Source: Octopus sinensis (Eukaryota). From it: 64,000 bases of DNA. The position numbers were made by a program, and so were the translations under genes. Shown here one piece after another: positions 55,945 to 64,000 of this stretch. Where the stretch lies: assembly GCF_006345805.1 (NCBI RefSeq), contig NC_042998.1:31992001-32056000 (forward strand), given 5' to 3'. The notes beneath the pieces are model-generated. The model was not told the origin of the DNA. It saw nothing but the letters and a program-made list of their open reading frames with translations, and made no database searches. How positions within the stretch are numbered: the stretch's first letter is position 1; each line of letters opens with the position of its first letter.

Positions 55945-56150
55945 CCGTAGGCGCCACCGAATTGTGGTTCAATATTCTCGTTAAGGTTCGAAATTGCGTT
56001 TGACCCTCTGGCCGATAACTGTCTTTCGGATTTGAGTTCAAAATTCCGCCGCAGTCGATAAATAAGTACCAGTTGGAGATTGCAGCCGATGTAATCGACT
56101 ATCCAGCTCCCTTAAAATTTCTGACATTTTGCCTGTAATAGAAAGGAATA
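55945..56150 (+). mobile_element. Degenerate family B copy
   Basis: GAGTTCAAAATTCCGCCG..AAGTACCAG..GATGTAATCGAC. Confidence 0.55.
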
Positions 56151-58395
56151 TTTGAAACAATCACGAACGATCGAATCGACCATGTTTAGCCCCACGAACC
56201 CAAGAACCAAAATAGCAGAAAAAGCATCTTAGATTTCTCAGATTTCATTTGACTGAATCTTATCAAATTGTGCATAGAATTAATTTTATTTTAGTCAAAT
56301 GCCACGTATAAATGCTTCATAAAACGGATATTGTAGTAACAGCAGTTGCCACCATCTTGAAAGTCTATAATTATGAGATAATCAATTATTTCTCTTCTTT
56401 TCTAAAGACATTACAAGACATATCTGTTCTCAGAGTGGCGTTCTTATGACACTGGCTATAAATAGGACGCTTTTCAAATATAACCATCAAAATAAATTGC
56501 AAATACTTTAGTATTTTAATTTTCTTGTTGCAAAAGGATAATGCTTCACTAGAATTAAAATATCTCATAATTTTATCGAACTGTTACATTATTTTTTAAA
56601 TTAAATCTATTTCACTGTTGATAACGGAGGACTTGCAATGTCACGCTATACGATTATATAGAATGTCATTTACATATGGCTATTTCTCAATAATACAAGA
56701 TTGAAATCAGTAAATATTTCCTCATAAAACAATGGTTTCAGATGACATTTCAAGTTCGTAATATTCGCCGTGAAAGAATTAAACTATATATCTTACAACG
56801 GATCACGGAGGAAACACAACTGAGAAAGAGAGACTGAGCAAAAAGTTAAAAACTATAACCTGTTATTTAAGTAATTTGTGTTGATTTTTGGATAAATTTA
56901 AAAGTAATTATTTTCAATTCATAAAAGAAAATTCATAAGCTTATTCTATTTTGATGCCGGTTTACTTAATACTAAACAAAAATGTTTATTTGTCGCTTTA
57001 TTCAAAACGTAGAGGCATATGATTGTCGTGTAATCATTATAATCTCGACTGTATATACACTCTAACATAGCGTAAAATATCAGTTTTGAAATCGAAGATA
57101 CTATGAAGAAATAGGTTTCTAGGGTGACTATGAAAGTTACTGCAGTTGCATAGTAAACAACTTAATCTTAACATACATACCAGATTCACATTAGCTAATC
57201 TCTACATTAATTTTGATTGTTTATCAACTGCAGTGTCTTATTTTTAAGAAGCGGATTAATATAATTTCTTCCACATGGCACTAGGAGATAACATCAGAAA
57301 TCGATCAATTGATAAATATATACCTCACTTCGCATTTCTATCTTCAATATGAATAATTTTGATTTCATCAAACGACAATTCAAAGTTTATAAAAGCTACT
57401 TTGCTACCACAACACGAATGTTTTATCTCAATCTCAGTTCATTTGTAATAACTTTCTCTGCAGTATTATAAGAATGAAATTATTTATATGAGAAAGTTTG
57501 TCAATTCTATTCTACTGCTCGAGCCGCCATTAAACAGATCTCCATTGAAAAGGAAATGTTTGTGCTTCTGCAGGTAAATATTTTCCATTTATTTTCCCTT
57601 ATAACTTTACTGATATTTTCATATACTTAGCTTTATATATATTTCTCTTTAGCTCTCAATATTCTTCTTCAACCATTCTTATTGAAAACTGTTCTGAAAC
57701 AGTTAAAAGGAAACGTCCAGAATCTATGTCAATGAAACGCACAAAAAGCCCTCTAGAAATAAACACATTAGTAAAACCACCAATGTTTTATCAAGTCCAT
57801 TATCGAAACATTATAAAATCTCAATTATATCTTATATATTAGTAGGTTAACATACATAGCCATATGACTAATGCGTGCAGACTGTAATTGTTGATTGCAA
57901 GTGAAAGACCGTAATTTGAGCCACGTTTGCTTTTAATGAACAATTTGTGAATTTTTTTTGTTAATCACATTCTTTTCATCTTTCAATCCTGGAATATCCG
58001 GTCCTTATAATAACAATGCTCAAGCATTATAAAACATCTCAAACATTCTAAAACATGTTCAAACATTTTAAGATAGCTTTTATATGTAATTTGTTGACAC
58101 CCATTTCATATATATACATATATATACCTATGTATGTGCGACTAACTGAATAAATATGTATCTATGCCCTAACAATGTAAACACTTTTAAAAATTAACCA
58201 AGACATAGATGATCTCTTTAAACAATCTGCTGCTGCCAAAATTACATACTAAACTCTGGAAAAATTATAGGCTTTTAAATTAATGGATTAAATTAGCGAA
58301 AATCCGGGTTTTTCTTTTCTTAACAATGTTAATTTGCATCAGATAGAACAGCTCTCTTATAATGAATAAAGTGATTATTGGTATTATTATTATCA

Positions 58396-58472
<77 letters not shown>

Positions 58473-58473
58473 G

Positions 58474-58905
58474 TGAAAGGTGGTGAACTGGCAGAATCGT
58501 TAGCGTGTCGAGCAAAATGGTTAGCAATATTCTCTCCGTCCTTACGCTTTCAGTTCAAATTCCACCGATGCTGACTTCGCCCTTAGTTCTTTCGGGGTCA
58601 ATAAATGCCAATTGCATACTAGAGTCGATCTAATCGAATGGCCCCTCCCACAAAAATTCAGGCCTTGTGCCCAGAGTAGACAGGATTATTGTTATTACTG
58701 TAAAAGGCGGCGAGTTGGCAGAGTCGTTAGCATGCCGGATATTTTGTCCGTCTTCACATTCTAAGTTCAAATTCCGCCGAGGTCGACATTGCATTTCATC
58801 CTTTTGGGGTCAATAAATCAAGTACCAGTGAAACATTGGGGTCGATGTAATCGACTAGTCCTCTCCCCACAAATTTGAGGCCTTGTGCCTGCAGTAAAAA
58901 GGATT
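58474..58905 (+). mobile_element. Two tandem family B copies (tail 2)
   Basis: Heads at about 58477 and 58704; each ends GCCTTGTGCC..AGTA..GGATT. Confidence 0.75.
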
Positions 58906-58938
58906 CTTCTTCTTCTTCTTCTTCTTCTTCTTCTTCTT

Positions 58939-58969
<31 letters not shown>

Positions 58970-59003
58970 TTCTTCTTATTATTATTATTATTATTATTAT
59001 TAT

Positions 59004-62000
59004 TTTTTTTATTTTTTTTTTTTTTTATAGCGTGCTTTCAATTCACTACCGAGCGCAGCTCTGTGTGCTTTAGGTATGTGCTGTGATTTGTTGTGATGCT
59101 CTGATGGTTATTGTATGGAAAGTGTTCTGCGTAGGATGCGTGCAGTGCCTAGTAGTGCAATTTTCTGTATGTTATATGTGTTTGTAAGTCCTGGTGTTTT
59201 TGTTATGTATTTGTCTGAATACTTTTTTATCATGCCTAATGCACCGACTATGATAGGAATTGTTTCTGTTTTTAGATTTCACATTCTGGTTACCCCTATT
59301 TCCAGGTCTTTGTATTTTGAAAGTTTAGAGACACGTTGTCATCTGCCGGTATTGATACATCAATTAGAAAGCATTTTTTTCTTCATGATCTCTGACAACT
59401 ATATCTGGTCTGTTGGCCTTAATTTCTCTATCTGTGTGTATCGGCATATCCCAGAGTATGGTTGCTTTCTCGTTTTCTGTGACCTGTTCTGGTGTGTGCC
59501 TATACCATCTTTTTTCTGTTGTTATTCCATAATGTTGGCATAGCTTCCAGTGTATGTAGGTTCCAACTCTGTCATGTCTGTGAATATATTCCTTCTTAGC
59601 CAGGACTGGGCAGCTAGAGATAATATGATTTATTGTTTCTTGTCCATCTCCACATATTCTGCAGTTACATGTTATATTTCTTTTCATTACATGTTTTTGG
59701 TAATTTCTGGTGGGGAGGCTTTGGTCTTGTGCTGCAATTAAAAATCCCTCTGTCTCTGCTTTGAGTCCTGAGCTTCTCAACCATTGCTGGGATTTCTCTT
59801 TGTCTATTTCTTTTGCGTTTAGTTTAGTCCAGTATTTACCATGAAGGGGCTTTTCTTGCCATCGTTTTATCATGGTTCGTTGCTGTTCTATTTTTAGTTT
59901 GGATTTCATTTGTTTTATAGCTTTTGTTGTTTCTTCATCATCTTCTTCTTCTTCTTCGTGTTTATTAGGTGGTATGATTTCTTGTTTGTATTTGTCAGCT
60001 TCCTTGAATACTGAGAACAGTTTTTTGTGTTGCTCGTGTTTTGTCGCTATTTGTATCAGTTTTCCTTCCTTCTGAAGTAGATATTTTTGCAGTCCTATGG
60101 TGGTTATTTTATAGTAGTTTTCCAGCTATATAAGGCCTCTACCACCTTCTATACGTTGTATATATAGTCTTTCTATGTCAGATTTTGGGTGATGCATCCT
60201 AGATCCTGTCATTATTTTTCTTGTTTTCCTATCTATTTTGGTCAGTTCATTTAGTGTCCAGTTAAGGATATTGTAGCTGTAACTTATAACTGGGACAGCT
60301 AAAGTGTTAATACCTATTATCTTGTTTTTAGCATTGAGCTCTGTTTCTAGTATTGATCTAACTCGTCTATAATAGTCTTTTTTTATTTTCTCTTTCATTT
60401 GTGTGTGTTGTGTCTTATCTAGTTCATGGATTCCTGAGTATTTGTAAGTTTGGCTTTGGTCTAATTATTTTATTTCATTGGTTTTATCTCGTGTGATGTT
60501 GCTATTCTTAACTAGTTTTCCTCTTTTCATGGTTACTTTGGCGCATTTTTCTAATCCAAATTTCATATCTATCTCTTTGGTAAATCCATGAACTGTCTTT
60601 AATAGTGTTTCCAGTTGTTTGTCATTTGCAGCGTATAGTTTTAGGTCATCCATATATAAAAGGTGGCTGATCGTTTTGCCGTAACATTTATATCCGCATC
60701 CAGTTCTATTTAGCATATCAGATAGAGTTGACAATGCCAAGCAGAAAAGGAGTGGAGAGAGCGTGTCTCCCTGGAATATTCCTCTTCTAATGGGGATGGC
60801 TTCGGTTTTCATGAGTCCCTCTTTTGTTTGGAGCTGTAGCACTGTTTGCCATTTATTCATAGAGTGCCCTATGAATTTTATAATTGTTGGTGCTACTTTG
60901 TTAATGGCTAGTGTTTCGAGGATCCATGTATGGGGGATGTTATCAAACACCTTTTTGTAGTCGATCCAGGCCATACTGAGGCCTTTATTCTTTCTGTGGT
61001 TGTCTTCAGTTATGGCTTTATTAATCATTAGTTGATCTATACAACCATATGAGCCTTTGCGGCATCCTTCTGCTCTTCTGGAAACAGTTGTTTTCGTCCA
61101 GGTGCTTGTTCAACCTTTGCGATATTACTGCAGTAAATGCCTTGTACAATGTAGGGAAACAGGTTATTGGTCTGTAGTTTTCTGGTTTTGCTGTCTCATT
61201 TGATTTGGGAATTAAGATGGTTTTCCCCTTCGTGAGCCATTCAGGCATTGTCTCTGGTTCTGCTAGTATGTTGTTAAAATTTTCAGCCAGCTTTTTGTGC
61301 ATTCCCGTTAGATATTTCAACTAGAAGTTGTGGATCTTGTCATGCCCAGGTGCCTTCCAGTTGCTTAGTCTTTGCAGTGCCTGGGTGACCTCTTCAGTTG
61401 TTATGGAGGTCCAAAGTTGCTCAGATGCTGAGTTTGTTGTTTTAATACTCCTTTTTTTTTGGTTGTTCGTTCGCCGACCATATTTCTCTCCAGAATTCGT
61501 ACACTTCTTCTGCCGTTGGTGCTGCAGTGATTTCTATTTTATTTTTGCCAAGTTCTTGGTAGAACTTTTTGGTGTTGGAGTTGAACTTTTTGTTTTGTTC
61601 AATGAAGCACCGGCGTTTCTCGTACCGACGGACCCTTTGTGCTTTGGCAAGGATATCTTGCTTCAGCTTTTCTTTTATCTCAGGTAAATCTTTTTCTGTG
61701 ATGTTATATTTGCGGAGTATTTTTGTTTTCTTTTTGTTGCTCAGTAGTGTTGATTGTCTACTGATTTCATTAAGAATCGACAGATATTTTCTCATTTTTT
61801 GTATTTTGTTTTGGATGTTATTTATCCACAGGGTTTGTTTGGGTGGTGTTACTCCTGTTTGGATAGGTTTGAGTGTGTATCCAGCTTCTTTTGTGGCTGC
61901 AGTGGCTGCTGCGTATACTAAGTCATTTAGCTCAGTGATATCGCTTTTTCTTTCAGTGGCTATTAGTTCCGTGACGGCTAGGTTTATGTGTTTATAATTG

Positions 62001-62465
62001 GTGTTGTTGTTTCGTCTATTTTGATTTGTAGGAGGTATGGTCGGTGGTCCATTTTGAGCTCTGTGGTTTTCAGTTCTTTGATTACTTTACTTTTTATATT
62101 ATCATAATCATTAGGCTCCCCTTTGTTGTTTCCAGGTTTTAGATTTGTGTCGCTTTCTTTCTTATTTATATGTTTGTTTGTCGTGTTTTGGCTTGCTGTT
62201 TGTCGTGTATTATTATGCATCCTTACGGTCTAGGTTTGTTGTTTTTTGTTTACATCGTGTTTGTTGGGAATGTTACATTTGTCTTCGTGTTTTACTGTTT
62301 CAGTATTTATACTATTGGGCATTGTTGTGTGGCTTCTATCTACATTTTCCTGGTGTAGTTTTTCTTTTAGATGTTCTATTTCTATTTCTGATATTTTTTT
62401 TGCGTTGAGAATGTATTTTCGTACGTTAGCTAGTTTATTAGGGTTCATTGCTGTATCCAAGTCTA
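59004..62465 (-). mobile_element. R4/Dong-clade non-LTR retrotransposon (RT + CCHC + RLE), 5'-truncated and frameshifted, inserted in (TAA)n
   Basis: NYRPITC, WIDYKKVFD, GIFQGDTLSPLLF, LYMDDLKL, EGGRGL, KPLHGKY, ETEGFLIAAQDQ, CRICG..ETINHIISSC, NRPDIV; stop at 59108-59110; poly(A) then (TAA)n at the 3' end and (AAT)n at the 5' end. Confidence 0.92.
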
Positions 62466-62482
62466 TATTTATGTTATCATTA

Positions 62483-62555
<73 letters not shown>

Positions 62556-63574
62556 CATTATTATTATGGATTTTCAAAACTCGAAACGGCTTGCTGAGTT
62601 CTGCATTGGCCTACGCATCCATTGGGTACTACTGCATAAGTCACCGACTCTTCGCCATAGTTTTGTATTCATGTTGTTGCATTTGTATTGTCTACACATA
62701 TAAATGCATTGAAGCTAGAGTTTTGTTTCACTTCAGTGGAGGTGTCCAGCGTTGTAGCTATGCGGCTAAAAGGGGACATAATGAAGTGGGTCAGAAGATC
62801 GGCGGACCTCATTAGTTCCTTATTCAGTTAGGCTTCATTATCGATCATCAACTTTGTGCAAGTAGATTCGCTTGACTTGGTTTCTTCCATTTGGGATGTC
62901 ACGGCAGGATGTATACCCTGTTGGTATCAATAGATAGCTTCATGTACTTTTCTGTCAGCTGGGCAAGATCAATATTTCGAACTTCAATTATCTCGATGGC
63001 TTCTTTGAAACTTTTGATATAGACACTCTTCTTATTTTCAAACTCAGATGTCCCAGAAACAGATCGTTCTCTTGTTAGTTTATTGTTTTCCAGTTTATTG
63101 TTTATATTACAGAAGTCTTCCGCTTTTAAACCCATCGATTATAAAATCGCTTTCTTTCATTTTACTTTTGCTTCTTATCGCCAAGCTCTCAGACCCTCGA
63201 CAAGAGCGAGAGCTTCTTTGAGAAGACGCTACAGTATTTCAATTTTGTTGAGCTTGAGAAACACTCAAACTTTGTACTCAACCTGACATCTGTCATCTTT
63301 ACGTTGAGAAAACGCTACATTGTGCAAAGGATCGCAAGGAGAGTGTAACTGACAGCACAAGCTGTTTTGCGAATGTTGATCTGTAAGCGGTCTATTGTTG
63401 CGTCCAGGTAAAATATCAAGCTGAGTAAAAAGAAAGCAACGTTTTGAAACATGAAATCAATCTCAATTTATTTCAACAATACAGAAATTTCATCCATCAA
63501 AATAAGTACCATTACAACCAACACATTTTTGCCAAGGAGTTTTGTTTATTCTCGTAAGATAAAAATCTGGAGTT

Positions 63575-63779
63575 CTGTCATTGATGACACATGGGCGTCC
63601 ACTACGCTCACAATCATCAAGGCTCAGGTCTCCATTGCGAAATCGTTTAATCTATTTTCGAACTGACCACTCACTGGTCATTTCCCTACCAAAGGTTTCG
63701 TTGATATCTCGAGCAGTTTCTGCTGTTTTACGAAGTTGAATAGCAAAATTGCTCGAACATCGCGCTTTCACAGTTCCAT
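63575..63779 (-). pseudogene. Mariner transposase N-terminal HTH remnant
   Basis: MEL*KRDVRAILLFNF / AETARDINETFG..SVRK*IKRFRNGDLSLDDCERSGRP. Confidence 0.75.
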
Positions 63780-64000
63780 TCCAGATGATTGTAACAACGG
63801 TGAAAAAGATATTAATGTTAATCTATAGATGTAATTGGGTAAGACTATGTCTGTATTATCGGACAATTGTAGAAGAATGTTTTTTAAAACATGCAAAACT
63901 GCAAAATCTGGTAGAAATGCTTCAGGGTTCAAAACGTTGCCTTCTTTTTACTCAACTTGATAAATATATACAGCCACAAGTGCCCAAAATTATTATATAA

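Noticed and set aside
57463-57573. AG..GT-bounded open segment
   Set aside because: Weak splice signals and no homology; expected by chance.
62230-62577. Poly-Asn protein start MKIHNNN..
   Set aside because: It is the (AAT)n target fused to the truncated 5' end of the Dong element.

Overview
AT-rich, microsatellite-dense eukaryotic DNA with no recognisable host protein gene and one 100-N gap (2967-3066). The repeat families resemble those I associate with octopus (coleoid cephalopod) genomes; this is recognition, not a search result. Almost every ORF in the track is a microsatellite artefact. The real content is transposable elements: four tRNA-derived SINE families (about 25 copies), R4/Dong-type LINEs lying next to (TAA)n, CR1-like LINE remnants, a mariner remnant, a TIR element with a 6-bp TSD, and several Penelope-like elements (PLEs). 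The most striking pattern is repeated head-to-head fold-back structure around PLE ends bearing hammerhead ribozyme (HHR) motifs, at four scales. These are a 187-bp perfect palindrome (28686-28872), a 355-bp palindrome (40073-40427), a PLE bounded by 184-bp inverted repeats that each carry a complete HHR (42947-45968), and a 5.9-kb RT-GIY-YIG palindrome (48923-54794) whose two arms together rebuild one uninterrupted ORF. One tRNA-headed SINE family also carries an HHR-like motif. All alignments and folds were done by eye.
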